Assembly: GCA_965248435.1 (NCBI GenBank) | Contig: OZ252100.1 | Location: forward strand, 896,001-960,000 | Length of the DNA: 64,000 nucleotides | Origin: Candidatus Latescibacterota bacterium | GTDB lineage: Bacteria > Latescibacterota > UBA2968 > GCA-2709665 | Direction: 5' to 3' | In this document: piece after piece, positions 20,134 through 31,597 of the stretch | How positions within the stretch are numbered: position 1 is the stretch's first letter | How the letters are laid out: each line of letters begins with the position of its first letter | Made by a program: the position numbers and the translations under genes | Notes under the pieces: generated by a model | The model's input: the letters and a program-made list of their open reading frames with translations, nothing else | Told to the model about the DNA's origin: nothing | Database searches by the model: none

Positions 20134-21111
20134 ATGGGACCAGAACAAAACAGGCAGAGAGGCAACTCACGCCGTGTCCTTGTTGCCGCTCGAATCTGCC
20201 AGATCCTGATCGGCCTCGTCTTCCTGGTTGCGGGCGCGGCCAAGTCGTGGAACCCCGTGATCTTCTACTGGGAAGCCCTGCCGTTCGTACAGGGCATCCT
20301 GACTCTGGGTCCCAGCATCGGTCCCGCGGTTTCCCGGGCTGCCCTCCTGATGAGTGTGATCGAGTTCGGTCTCGGGCTCTCTCTCGTGATGAACTGGCGG
20401 CCAAAACTGACCCTGCGGATCGGCGTCGGCCTGATGGCTTTTTTCCTGTTCCTGACGGTTTCGGCCTGGTCGAAGGGATTTGACGCGAGGTGCGGATGTT
20501 TTGGCACCCTGCTTCAAAGGGGACCGGGTGAGGCGACGATCGAAAATACGGTCATGCTCGCCATGCTCCTGTTGGCGCTCTTTAAGCAGGGATCCGTCTT
20601 CACTGCACCCGAAGGGCTTGCTCGAAGGATTGTGACAGGGGGTCTACTTGTCGCGCTGATCGTGGCGGGCGCCCGCTTCTTCCCTGAAATGGGACGTCTC
20701 GAGGCAGGGGATTTGCAGGTGGGACTGGAACTGGAAAGTCTGGAGGTTTCAGGAACGGACGTAGATATCTATCGAGGGGCCTATCTCCTACAGCTCTTCA
20801 GCCCCACGTGTAAACACTGTAAAGAGAAGGTGCCGGCGATGAACCGGCTCTCCGCGATTCCGGGCGTCCCGCAGGTCGTCGCGCTGTCCCCCTACGAGAC
20901 CCACTCGACGGAGATTCGACATTTCGTAAAGCAGCTGCAGCCCAGATACAAGATCGCACAGATCTCCTTCACCGATTTCGCGCGTCTCGTCCACGGCCAC
21001 GGCTTTCCACGTATGGCCTACGTGAGAAACGGTGAAATTCTGGCCGTGTGGGAATCGAATCAGTTCCCCACCCGATCGCAGATCAAGCAGTTCTTCCAGA
21101 GTTCATCGTAA
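20134..21111 (+). CDS. MauE/DoxX membrane domain + thioredoxin-like domain
   Basis: GLVFLVAGAAK, CGCFG, FSPTCKHC, GFP cis-Pro motif. Confidence 0.8.
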   Translation: MGPEQNRQRGNSRRVLVAARICQILIGLVFLVAGAAKSWNPVIFYWEALPFVQGILTLGPSIGPAVSRAALLMSVIEFGLGLSLVMNWRPKLTLRIGVGLMAFFLFLTVSAWSKGFDARCGCFGTLLQRGPGEATIENTVMLAMLLLALFKQGSVFTAPEGLARRIVTGGLLVALIVAGARFFPEMGRLEAGDLQVGLELESLEVSGTDVDIYRGAYLLQLFSPTCKHCKEKVPAMNRLSAIPGVPQVVALSPYETHSTEIRHFVKQLQPRYKIAQISFTDFARLVHGHGFPRMAYVRNGEILAVWESNQFPTRSQIKQFFQSSS

Positions 21112-21115
21112 GAGA

Positions 21116-21747
21116 TCAAGCCCTGCCCCAAAGTGAAAGCTGCCTTACCGCTTCGCTCCCCGATCCGGGCCTCACCCGCTCCTCCTCCATCAGATCATCA
21201 GGAACCTCTCGAACGAAGCGAGATACTTCAGGCTTGATCCGCCTACAGTAGAGACGCCGGCTCCGTGCGCGAGTCAATAATACTTCATCCTTCGCGCGCG
21301 TCAGCCCGACATAAAACAGCCTTCGCTCTTCATCCACGTCGACATCGCCCGCGCCCGACGGAATCAACCCCTCCTCTACCCCGCAGATGAAGACGACTGG
21401 AAACTCGAGCCCCTTCGCGGCGTGAAGCGTCATCAGGCTTACGGCCTCCTGGCGTGGCGCGCCTCCCCGCCGTTCCAGGTCGGCCTCCTTTCCGGTCAGG
21501 ACGGTGTCGAGCCCAAGCACCGAGCCCGCCGATTCCGCCAGCCTCACCAAGCGTTCGGTTTCAAGTTTATCTCCGCGGCCGAAATCCTCTTGCCAGCGCC
21601 TCAAGAGCGCTTCGGGAGACGCCTCCTTTGCGAAGTGACGATAGCGCGCCAAGAACTGAAAAAGGAGATCGACGCGATCCGATACCTTTCGAAGCGCCTC
21701 GATCCTGGCACCCTGGCCCAGCCGCCTGCGCAACGCCGACAAGACCG
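21116..21747 (-). pseudogene. 3' fragment of UvrD helicase (duplicate of 24878-25512)
   Basis: LMTLHAAKGLEFPVVF, EERRLFYVGLTRAK; homology stops abruptly at 21747. Confidence 0.85.
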
Positions 21748-21861
21748 GTGGTGCCTAGAGCCGTGGAAGTTTCGACGCTGCCGTCAGCCGCCCGGCGGTG
21801 GCTTGATCACCGCGGACCAGCACCACCGCTCTGAGCAGAGCACCGAGCACGACGCGCTTCG

Positions 21862-24110
21862 TCATTTTGGCTCTCCTTTGAACGCCGCGCGGATCTCCAC
21901 CAGGTTGAAGTGCAGGAGCGCGTTGGAGTTCTTGAAGCGGTCGAGCACGCGGTAGATGCCCGAGTACTCCAGTCGTGGCCGGTCGTCGGTGACCAGCGGA
22001 GCGCTGTCGGTGTAGGCGCGCACCTTCGCCGGGTCGAGCACGAACGAGGTGCGCATCAGGTTTTCGTTCAGGGGAATCGCGCGCAGCGACTCGGGGCCTT
22101 CGCGGAGTCGGCGCACCGCGCGCTCGGGCTCGATGGGGCTCGGCGAGCCGATCGCCAAGCCGGTCATGTCTCCCGGCATGATGAACAGATGGGTTTCGGG
22201 GAACACGCTTTGTAGCGTCGCGAGGATCTGGCGGCTGTCGTCGGGTGAGACCAGGTGCAGCGGCAGCCACTGCACGAGGATGCCGTCGTCGGCGAGCCGG
22301 CCGCGCGCCAGCTCGTAGAACTCGCGTGAGTAGAGGTTCACGGCCCCGGCGAAGTGCGGCGGCATCGGCTCGAGCGTGATGATGTCGTAGACGTCGCGCG
22401 AACGGTGCAAGAACGTGCGGCCGTCCTCGAGCGTGACGTGCGGCAGGATGCGCAGGTTGTCAAGGGTGAAGTGCTCGGCGCAGGCCAGCACGTCGGGGTT
22501 GATCTCGGCGACATCGAGATGCAGCGGCCAGCTACCCAGCGCGCGCGCGGTCGAGCCGGTGCCGAAGCCGATGACGAGCCCACGCTTCGGGTCGGGGTGC
22601 AGCAACGCGGGGAGGTGCCCCATCATCGGCATGTAGTGCGTGCCGGGGCCATCGGCCGCGGTGACGAAGCCGTCGAGGAACAACGAGCGCCGGTTGGTCA
22701 CGATGTTGCGCACGACCGTCGTCGTCGTGCTCGCGCCCTCGCGGTAGTAGAGCACGCGGTAGAAGTGCTCTTTTCCGACGGTGTGCGGGGGGACCGACGT
22801 GCCTTCGCCGAGCTGCTTGCCGACGGCGGCGGGCCAGGCGAGCACCACCGCGGCCGCGAACACCCCGGCGAGCGCCCAGGCCGCGCGGGGTACCCGCGCG
22901 CCGCGACGGTCGCGCACCATCAGCCACAGCCCGCAGCCGGCTTGGACCAGGGCCAACGCGATGAGCGCACCGCGCACGCCGAGCGCGGGAAGCAGCCAGA
23001 AGCCGGTCGCGAGCGAACCTGCCACCGCGCCGAGGGTGTTTACGAGGTACGCGCCGCCAAGAGACGCTCCGGCGCGGCCCTTGGTCACGAAGCGTCCGGC
23101 GGCCATCGGGAACGCCATGCCCCACACCACGGCGGGCAGCCCAATTAGAACGATCGACAGCCCGATGTAAATCGTCAGCCGCACCCAGAAGCGCACGTCG
23201 TTGCCGCGCAGGAGCTCCACCAGCTCCGGCGTCGCGGCCACCAACGGCGCAAACGCGAGAGCGAGCGCCGCGCCCGCGGCGATGATGGCGCCGAGCAGCG
23301 CGGTGGACTTCCTACGGGACGGCGGCGCGACGGCCGCTCCGATCGCGAGCCCGCCGAGAAACGCCGCGAGGATGATGGTGAACGAGTAGGCGGTGCCCAA
23401 GAACCCCTGGAGCAGCAAGCGCGTGAAGAGGATCTCGTAGCCTAGCGTGACCAGGCCCGAGACGAACAGCGCGCAAGCGGCAGGCAGCGCGGGCCACGCG
23501 CGCGGCTGGGGCTCGGTGGCCGGGGGCGTACGGTCGAGCGCGATGGCGCAGACTCCCGCGACGACCTCCAGCGCCGCGGCGACGCAGGCGGCACCCCACA
23601 GACCGAGGTTCTCGATGAGCACGAAACCGGCGAGCGCCGCGCCCGCGAGCGCGCCAAACGTGTTCGCGGAGTAGAGCGGACCGAGGGCTTTGGCGGGCTT
23701 CTCGCCGACGCGGTCGACGTAGGCGAGCATCGCCGGCAGCGTCGCGCCCATCAGCACCGTAGGCACGACGAGCAGCGCCAAGGCGGCGAGCGCGACCAAC
23801 GAGTAGTGCGACGATGCGTGAAGCGACGGAAGGTGTGCGGCCAGCGCGGTCACGGCGAGCCCGGTGACGGCCGCGCCGATCTCCAACACGCCGTAGAGGC
23901 GCAACGGACCTCGGACCTTGTCACCGTACCGTCCGATCGCGATCGCGCCCAGCGCCAGCCCGAGCATGAACGTGGCGAGCACCATGGCCACGCCGCGCGC
24001 CGTGCCCCCGAGCACTAGCGTCATGTGCCGCGCCCAGATGACCTGGTAGATCAGCGACGCCCCGCCCGAGAGCAGCAGCAGCGCCTGCAACGCGCGAACG
24101 TGACGGGAAA
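21862..24110 (-). CDS. Membrane-fused spermidine synthase-like methyltransferase (start uncertain)
   Basis: LSGGASLIYQVIWAR, LYSANTFG, LVIGFGTGST, EDGR, NLYSREFY, VTDDRPRLEY; about 70% GC. Confidence 0.85.
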
Positions 24111-24122
24111 TCGAGATGGGAT

Positions 24123-24385
24123 CTACCTCGGTACGCGGAAACCGCTGTGCAAGTCGCCACCGTCGGTCCACGCGAACGACATGCCGCTCGTGTTGTGGGC
24201 CATTCCGATAGCACCGTCGGGGGACAGCAAGATGACGCCGCCTCGGCCCCCATGGGTGCGCTCTTCCATGCGCGCCACCGCGTCGCGCGCCGCGTTCATG
24301 GGGGTGACTCCCCGGGGAAGCCTTTGGAGCGAGTCGAGCGACAACGCGGAGCGCAGGATGGCCTCGCCATGGCCGACCTGCCCCC
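24123..24385 (-). pseudogene. C-terminal fragment of isoaspartyl peptidase/asparaginase 2
   Basis: GHGEAILR..GRGGVILLSPDGAIGMAHNTSGM. Confidence 0.7.
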
Positions 24386-24407
24386 ACCTATGTATCTAGA
24401 TCCAGAG

Positions 24408-24655
24408 TTAGGATGCGGTTGCGACTAGCGGTCCTAAGACCGTTTCAGGTGCCGGTGGCCTATAGCCCAGCGAGCTGTGTGGGCGGACCCTATTGTACTG
24501 CCGTCGCCACACCTCAGTCAACACCTTTGCCTCCTGCAGCGTCGTAAAGATCTCACCGTTGAGGAGTTCATCCCTGAGTTTCCCGTTGAAGCTTTCGATG
24601 TAGCCGTTCTCCCACGGACTACCCGGCTCGATGAACAACGTTCCGATCTCCAACC
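24408..24655 (-). mobile_element. IS3-family transposase 3' fragment
   Basis: FIEPGSPWENGYIESFNGKLRDELLN..YNRVRPHSSLGY. Confidence 0.9.
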
Positions 24656-24656
24656 T

Positions 24657-24873
24657 CGAGACGCACTCGTTGGAGATTCGACAGTTCGTGGAGAAGCTGC
24701 AACCCAGATACAAGATCGCGCAGATCTCTTTCACCGATTTCGCGCGTCTCGTCCACGGCCACGGCTTTCCCCGCATGGCCTACGTGAGAAACGGTGAGAT
24801 TTTGGCCGTGTGGGAAGCGAATCAGTTCCCCACTCGCTCGCAGATCAAGCCGTTCTTTCAGAGTTCATCGTAG
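24657..24873 (+). pseudogene. 3' fragment of the MauE-thioredoxin gene (duplicate of 20895-21111)
   Basis: ETHSLEIRQFVEKLQPRYKIAQISFTDFARLVHGHGFP is near-identical to the end of 20134..21111. Confidence 0.85.
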
Positions 24874-24877
24874 GGCA

Positions 24878-27800
24878 TCAAATCCCGCCCCAGATCGAGA
24901 GCTGCCTGACCGCTTCACTCCTCGATCCCGGCCTCACCCGCTCCTCCTCCATCAGATCATCAGGAACCTCTCGAACGAAGCGAGATACCTCCGGCTTGAT
25001 CCGTTTCCCGTAGAGACGCCGACTCCGCGCACGCGTCAACAATACTTCATCCTTCGCGCGGGTCAGCCCGACATAAAACAGCCTTCGCTCTTCATCCACA
25101 TCCACATCGCCTGTGCCGTGAGGAATCAGCCCCTCCTCTACCCCACAGATAAAGACGACCGGAAACTCGAGCCCCTTCGCGGCGTGAAGCGTCATCAAGC
25201 TCACGGCCTCCTGGCGCGGCGCGCCTCCCTTCCGTTCCAGGTCGGCCTCCTTCCCGGTCAAGATGGTGTCGAGCAGCGCCCCTAGAGAGCCCGCCGACTC
25301 CGCCAGGCTCACCAGGCGTTCGGTTTCCAGTTTATCTCCGCGGCCGAAATCCTCCTGCCAGCGCCCCAAGAGCGCTTCGGGAGACGCCTCCTTTGCGAAG
25401 TGACGATAGCGCGCCAAGAACTGAAAAAGGAGGTCGACGCGGTCCGATACCTTTCGAAGCGCCTCGATCCTCTCACCCTGACCCAGCCGCCTGCGCAACG
25501 CCGACAAGACCGAGGGACCTGGATTGAACGGCGCGAGCGCCATTGCGTTCAGAAAACGAAACGTCCCGCCAGGAGAGTGGACGCAACGAAAAAAGGTCAG
25601 CGCATCCCTAACCGCTTTGGCCTCGAGAACATCCTTCTGTCCGATGATCCGATACGGCAGGCCCTCCTCCAAAAAGCAGCGCTCCAGCGTCTCGGCCTGC
25701 CACCACGTGCGGAACAACACCGCGAAATCGGCGAAGCTGCGAGCCTGATCGATCTCCGCGGCGCCATTCCCTGGAGCAACCTCGTCGGACTGAAGCATGT
25801 CCGCCCCGCCGACCCTCCGGCTGATCTCTCGCACGACGGCGATCCCCTCGGCCGTCTCGCCTGGCACGGTGAGCAGGCGAATCGCAGGTCCGCGATCCCT
25901 CACGCTCCGTGTATCCTTACGATGTCTACCAACCGAAATGACCGCCCCCGCCGCCTCGATGATGTTGGGTGTGGATCTGTAGGTGGTTTCCAGATTCACC
26001 CTGTGGGCGGAAGGAAAGTCATCGGTCAACGCGTTGAAGAATGCCGGCCGCGCACCGCGAAATCCGTAGATCGCTTGATCGGGGTCGCCGATCACGAACA
26101 GCCCCTCCCCGGCGCCCGCCAGAAGTTTGACCAGGTGGTACTGCACCCCGTTGACATCCTGGAACTCGTCGACCAGCAGGTGCGAGAACCGTCCCCTGAG
26201 CTCCGTCAGGATCTCCACGCGTGCGACCAGAAGCTCGACCAGGTCCACGAGGATGTCGTCGAAATCTCTTGCCCCGTAGGCCTTGAGCTGGTCCTGGTAG
26301 GTTTGATAGACCGCTCTGATTTCCTTACCCCTGAGCTCTCCGGGGTGTATTCCCGCAGACTTGGCCAGCGATATCGACGCGACAGCCTCCTTGAGGGGAA
26401 TCGCGCACTTCACGCGGGAAAGGGCATCCGACAGGATCTGCCGTGCTTCGAACTCATCCACCACCGAGGGTCCAGGCCCCGGCTCGTAGCGCTTCAGGAG
26501 ACTCAGGGCAATCCCGTGAAACGTTCCGACGGTCACCTCTCTCCCGCGCTCGACGTCACCGAGCAGGTCCACGAGGCGGCGGCGCATCTCGCCCGCCGCT
26601 CGATTCGTGAACGTCACGGCGGCGATCTGATCGGGCGCGACCTCCCGTTCTCTGATCAGGTGGGCGATCCGGTGCGTGAGCACGCGCGTCTTTCCCGTGC
26701 CCGGTCCCGCCACGACGACGATCGGTCCGTCCACCGCCACGACCGCCGCCCTCTGGTCGACGTCGAGCGCGCGAGGGCCTGAAGGCGACGAACCTGGATC
26801 GCCCAAACGGGACGCGGCTTCCTCCCCCGCTTCGATCGCCCGGGCACCGCCGTTCTTCCCGTTCTTGCCGTTCTTCCCGTTCGTCGTCCACTCGAGCGAG
26901 GCCGTCGTTCGCGTTGCATCCACGTCGAACAGGAGCCGCTGTCCCTTGATCCGCTCTCGCTCTTCATCCGAGAAGACCCGGATCTCTCCGTAGACCCCGT
27001 CATACCCCGCGTGGATCTCCACTTCCCCCGCCCGCAGCCTGCGCACCCCTTCGGCAACGAGCGGCCCACCCGAACTGGAGATCCTCTCCACGGAGACATC
27101 TCTCAAGATCTCCAGTTCGGGGCCTAACTCATTCAGGAGCCGTGCGTAGATCGTCTGGACCTTCTTGCTGCTCGGTCCTACCCCGATGACAGAGCCGATC
27201 ACCTCGGGCAGGGGAATCAGGTTTTCGTATGGGGCGGCGCCGTCCGGGCGGCTTCCTTCGGGCCTGTCGGCCAGTGTCTCCACCCGGTGCAACACACCTA
27301 CCGTCAGTTTCCCGCCGCAGACGGGACAGATGCCATCCGCCGCCCTCGTCTCTTCCGGCGACCAGTGGATGTCGCATTTTCGATGGCCGTCCCAGTGATA
27401 CTTCCCTTCCTCCGGATAAAACTCGATCGTCCCACAAAATCTGCCTGTGTCCCTTTCCTTCAGCGCTTCGTAAATCCCGGAATACGACAGCTCCGTGTCG
27501 AAACAGGTCGCCTCTCGCGCCAGCTTCTGGGGGGAGTGCGCGTCCGAGTTCGACACGATCGCGTATCTGTCCAGCGCCGACAGCCGCCAGTTCATCGGAG
27601 GATCGGAAGAGAGACCGGTCTCCACCGCGAAGATGTGCGGGAGCATGTCTTCAAAGCATTCTTCCAGGCTGTCGAACCCCGAGCTCGACCCGAGCACCGC
27701 GAAGTGAGGCGTCCAGATGTGGGCGGGGATGAACAGTACGTCTTCGCAGGCCTCCAGACAGATCTCCACCAGGTCCCGGCTGTCCAGGCCCAGGATCGGC

Positions 27801-27995
27801 CGCCCGTCCGACTTCAAGTTCCCGATCTCCGCGAGCCGGGTGCTCAACCGCTCCACCGCCTCGAAGCCCGGTAGAATCACGACGTGATGCACCTTTCGGG
27901 TCTTTCCGTTCTTCTTGTAGATCAGGCTGATCTCGGTCGAAAGCAGGAACCGCACGTCACCGCGACACGACGCGGGCAGTTCGTGTTCGATCCGC
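24878..27995 (-). CDS. Endonuclease Q-like PHP domain fused to UvrD/PcrA helicase; 5'-truncated
   Basis: PAHIWTP, ETGLSSD, NSDAHS, GKYHWDGH, CPVCG; AGPGTGKT, DEFQD, GDPDQAIYGFRGA, TLHAAKGLEF. The N-terminal HxH motif is missing. Confidence 0.88.
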
Positions 27996-28801
27996 AAAGC
28001 AATAAAGTGCTTAGAATAATCGAAGCCAGAAAGAGTAGCCTCGGTGAGGGCGAACCCTACATCATGTATCCGCATGGCATATCAGCTTACGGGGACAGAA
28101 TGGTTGTCACGTCAACGATTCACCCCGATCTCGCCACCGGAGTCGGAAATGCGGTCACCGTTATCGACTTGAATACGTTTGCACCGATAGAAATAATTAC
28201 GATTGAAGATGCGCAACCGGTAGGTTTTCCCTCCTCTCCGGTTGAGGTGTTATTTCTGCGACCAAGTATCGTTGCGGACATTGAGCCGAGCGTGTTGGTT
28301 AATACTATGTTCGGGTTTGAAACCTGGAAGATACCCTATAACGAGTCTGATAAATCATTTGGAGATCCAGAAATTATCTATGCTGGCGTTGATCAAGGAA
28401 CAGGTGTACCACTCGAATTTTATGGCAATGAAACGGAATTGTTTGTCAGCCATGCAATTCCTGGCGTAGTTAAGAGATACCAACTATCGAGTCTTCCGAA
28501 TTTGGTTTCCTCTGGCCCCGATCTTGAATCAGGCCTGGGGGCACATCATATGATTTTCTATGCCACCAAATCAGACAGGCAGGTCATTGCGATACAAAAC
28601 AACCTGCTAAATCTGGGAAATGCGGCTGACAATGACCCGACTGATCTGGATTTCATTGCCAAGGTGAATGATCACACGATCACTGTTCATGACCTTAAAA
28701 CCAGTGAGAAGTTGGCGACAGTCAACTTCAAAGAGAGGTATGGCAAAGGAGTAGATAATGTTGAATCCCTCTTTGGCTCGGGATTCGTGCATCATCATTA
28801 G
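27975..28801 (+). CDS. 5'-truncated beta-propeller-like protein
   Basis: YPHGI, NAVTVIDL, GAHHM; lower GC; no credible start; abuts the uvrD truncation. Confidence 0.6.
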
Positions 28802-28878
28802 ACTGTCTGTCCAAGCGGAAGACTGTCCGTCCGCCAGGAATTCTTTGATTGTAAAATGATTCAGAGCGCACTAGTCAA

Positions 28879-28915
28879 AAGCCCATGTTTGAGCTCACCA
28901 CTCAAACATGGGCTT
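28879..28915. terminator. Strong intergenic hairpin
   Basis: AAGCCCATGTTTGAG-N7-CTCAAACATGGGCTT, perfect 15-bp stem. Confidence 0.7.
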
Positions 28916-28961
28916 CGAGTTTCGGTGACTTATTGAGTAGGGTATTGACGAACGCGTTGCC

Positions 28962-30071
28962 GTGAAGAAATCACTCTCAATAAGTGCAATAATCATCGCC
29001 GTTATGGTGGTGGGCGGTTATGTCTATATTGAAACACAATTCAATCGGCCCACGCCTATCACCAACTTCTCTGCGCCCTTTGTTTTTGGCCGGTTTCGCG
29101 TTCCAGAAGATAACCCATTAACCGATGAAGCAGTCGAACTGGGCAGGAGACTATTTTACGATGTCCGCCTGTCTGGGAATAATGAAGTTTCCTGCGCTAC
29201 CTGTCACGTGCAGCAGCTGGCGTTCACTGATGGTAGAAAGACGGCGGTAAGCGCTTCCGGAGAAGCGCTGGCGTTTAATAGCATGGGCCTGGCAAACCTG
29301 ATGTGGGGTCCGCGGCATTTCTTCTGGAACGGTCGCGTGACTTCATTGGAAGCGCAAGCTCTTGTCCCAATACAGGCTGACGAAATGGGTCAGGATCTAG
29401 CGGAGCTTGTTGATGAACTAAAGGCAGATGCTCAATATGTAGCACTATTCAAGAAAGCCTATGGGAGCATCACGGATGATCATATCGCCAAGGCGCTGGC
29501 CTCTTTTCAGCGCACACTGATCTCTTCAGATTCAAAATACGACAAATACTTGCGTGGAGAAGCCGCTCTGACCGTGCAGGAAAACCTGGGCAGGAAACTA
29601 TTCATGGCTCATCCTGATGTAAAGGCCAGTTTACGGGGTGCCAATTGTATTGATTGTCATAGTCAATTTCTGACCAGCGGTTTCAACACGCAGTATGACG
29701 GTTTTTCCAACAATGGCCTGGACAGTGAAGAGAACTTATTGACCGGACTGGAAGATGTTACTCAGAACCCGGCACATCGAGGCCTTTTCAAAGTCCCTAC
29801 TTTAAGAAATATTGCTCTAACGGCGCCCTACATGCACGACGGTAGATTCGCCACCCTGGAAGAGGTTCTGGATCACTATAACGAGGGCATAAAATTGAGC
29901 AGTACACTTAGTCCACTAATAGCGGAAGCCGACAATTTAATAAAAGGAGCGAATACACAGCCGAGTCTTAATCTAACCGAAAATGAAAAAGGCGCAGTTA
30001 TAGCCTTCCTGCACACGCTGACGGATCAGAAGTTTATCGCGGCTGAGAAGTTTTCAAACCCATTCGAATAG
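28962..30071 (+). CDS. Di-heme cytochrome c peroxidase (MbnH/MauG family)
   Basis: LGRRLFYD, CATCH, FFWNGR, CIDCH, FKVPTLRN, PYMHDG. Confidence 0.9.
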   Translation: MKKSLSISAIIIAVMVVGGYVYIETQFNRPTPITNFSAPFVFGRFRVPEDNPLTDEAVELGRRLFYDVRLSGNNEVSCATCHVQQLAFTDGRKTAVSASGEALAFNSMGLANLMWGPRHFFWNGRVTSLEAQALVPIQADEMGQDLAELVDELKADAQYVALFKKAYGSITDDHIAKALASFQRTLISSDSKYDKYLRGEAALTVQENLGRKLFMAHPDVKASLRGANCIDCHSQFLTSGFNTQYDGFSNNGLDSEENLLTGLEDVTQNPAHRGLFKVPTLRNIALTAPYMHDGRFATLEEVLDHYNEGIKLSSTLSPLIAEADNLIKGANTQPSLNLTENEKGAVIAFLHTLTDQKFIAAEKFSNPFE

Positions 30072-30075
30072 TCAT

Positions 30076-30816
30076 ATGGCAATAACCGTCCAAAGGAAGT
30101 ATTTACTAATAGCATCGATTATTTTGGCATCATTGCTGCTTACTGTTTCCTATTCCTTACTAACCACGCGTTCCACGGAAACGGTAAACCTGCATTTCGA
30201 AGCAGTTGTCGGCGGCGATCCAGTCGTATTCGACCAACTTCGGTATTCTAATCCAGGCGGCGAAGGTCAATTTAAGATACGAAGTTTCCTGTTTTATCTA
30301 AGCAATGTTACGTTAATCGGCGATTCGGAAAATTATATCGAAGCAGATAGCTATCATCTTGCGCGCTTCGACAATGGTAACAACGCCTTCACGATTGAAC
30401 TGAGTGACGTTCCCAGACAAAGATACAAAAGGATCGAATTCTCCATTGGAGTGGACGAAACGGCCAACAATTCGATCAAACCGATTGGAGATCTGGATCC
30501 GAATAGTCGTATGGCCTGGAGCTGGGATTTTGGTTATAAGTTCGTTCTCTTCGAAGGAGGACTCTATCTGAATGAAGCACTGCACCCCCTCGTCTACCAC
30601 GTTGGCTTTGATGAGAACTACAAATCTATGGCGTTCAATCTGGACCAAGCCCATAATGAGGGTCGGCTGAAATCGGCTTACTTCAAAGTAGATATCATGC
30701 GGCTCTTCACGGGGGCTACCACAATCGATATGGCCGAATTATCGACGGTGAAGTTTGATACACTAGATGCCCAAGTAATAGCCAACAATTACGCAAAAAT
30801 GATCGCCTTGAAATAA
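30076..30816 (+). CDS. MbnP family copper-binding protein
   Basis: FYLSNV, FSIGVD, MAWSWDFGYKF (WxW motif), YHVG; adjacent to the MbnH-like gene. Confidence 0.8.
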   Translation: MAITVQRKYLLIASIILASLLLTVSYSLLTTRSTETVNLHFEAVVGGDPVVFDQLRYSNPGGEGQFKIRSFLFYLSNVTLIGDSENYIEADSYHLARFDNGNNAFTIELSDVPRQRYKRIEFSIGVDETANNSIKPIGDLDPNSRMAWSWDFGYKFVLFEGGLYLNEALHPLVYHVGFDENYKSMAFNLDQAHNEGRLKSAYFKVDIMRLFTGATTIDMAELSTVKFDTLDAQVIANNYAKMIALK

Positions 30817-31024
30817 TGGTGTTTGGCTTTTTCCTCTGAACGGTAGCCCATCTCGTACAGCCCAGATAACGGCCTCAAACCCAATTTACTTGCTCGACCC
30901 CGCATTCATCGGCAGATGAATTTTCATCGGGCGCTCGGTCGTCAGGCAGAATTCTGCCGTTTTGGCACAGGTGAATCGTCGCCTGTCATCTAAGGTTGAC
31001 GTGCCGAACTAAGGAGGAAAAATT

Positions 31025-31597
31025 ATGTCCAATTGGTTGAAGGTTGTGGCCGCAGCGGTTCTAGGCGCGCTCGGATCATTCGCTCTTTTGCAATACATGC
31101 ACGGCAGAGAGATTCAGAAGGTGCAAGATGGTGCTGTAGCCATTACTCGTGGGCCAGGCGAGGGGGCCTGGGTTCGGTGGGTGCCTGGGCATAAAATTAT
31201 AGCCAAGGCTGATGCAAAAGAGACGGCCAGCGCCTACTCGCTGTTGGAGACGCTGATGCCAGGTGAAGGACCTCCACAGCACATCCACAAAAATGAAGAC
31301 GAAGCATTTTATCTTTTGGAAGGTGAGGTGGGCGTCAAGAGAGGGGAAGAGACTATGCACGCGTCTCCCGGAACCTACGTTATGATTCCAAAAGGGACAA
31401 TTCATACAGTATGGAGCACTGGGTCGACCCCGGTTAAGATTCTGGCGATTTTGTCACCGCCGGGATTCGAGGAATACTTCCTTGAGACTGGGATGGAAGA
31501 CAGAGAACCAGATAAGGCCGCCTACATTGAGAAGGCAATGACCGTTTCTGAGAAATACAACCTAGAAATCGTGGGGCCCCCACTTTCTGCCCAGTAG
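31025..31597 (+). CDS. Cupin domain protein with N-terminal anchor
   Basis: AAGGAGG RBS; GPPQHIHKNEDEAFYLLEG; PKGTIH; PPGFEEYF. Confidence 0.85.
   Translation: MSNWLKVVAAAVLGALGSFALLQYMHGREIQKVQDGAVAITRGPGEGAWVRWVPGHKIIAKADAKETASAYSLLETLMPGEGPPQHIHKNEDEAFYLLEGEVGVKRGEETMHASPGTYVMIPKGTIHTVWSTGSTPVKILAILSPPGFEEYFLETGMEDREPDKAAYIEKAMTVSEKYNLEIVGPPLSAQ

Noticed and set aside
24110-24387. Long N-terminal extension of the spermidine synthase-like ORF
   Set aside because: It overlaps an asparaginase fragment in another frame; open only because of high GC.
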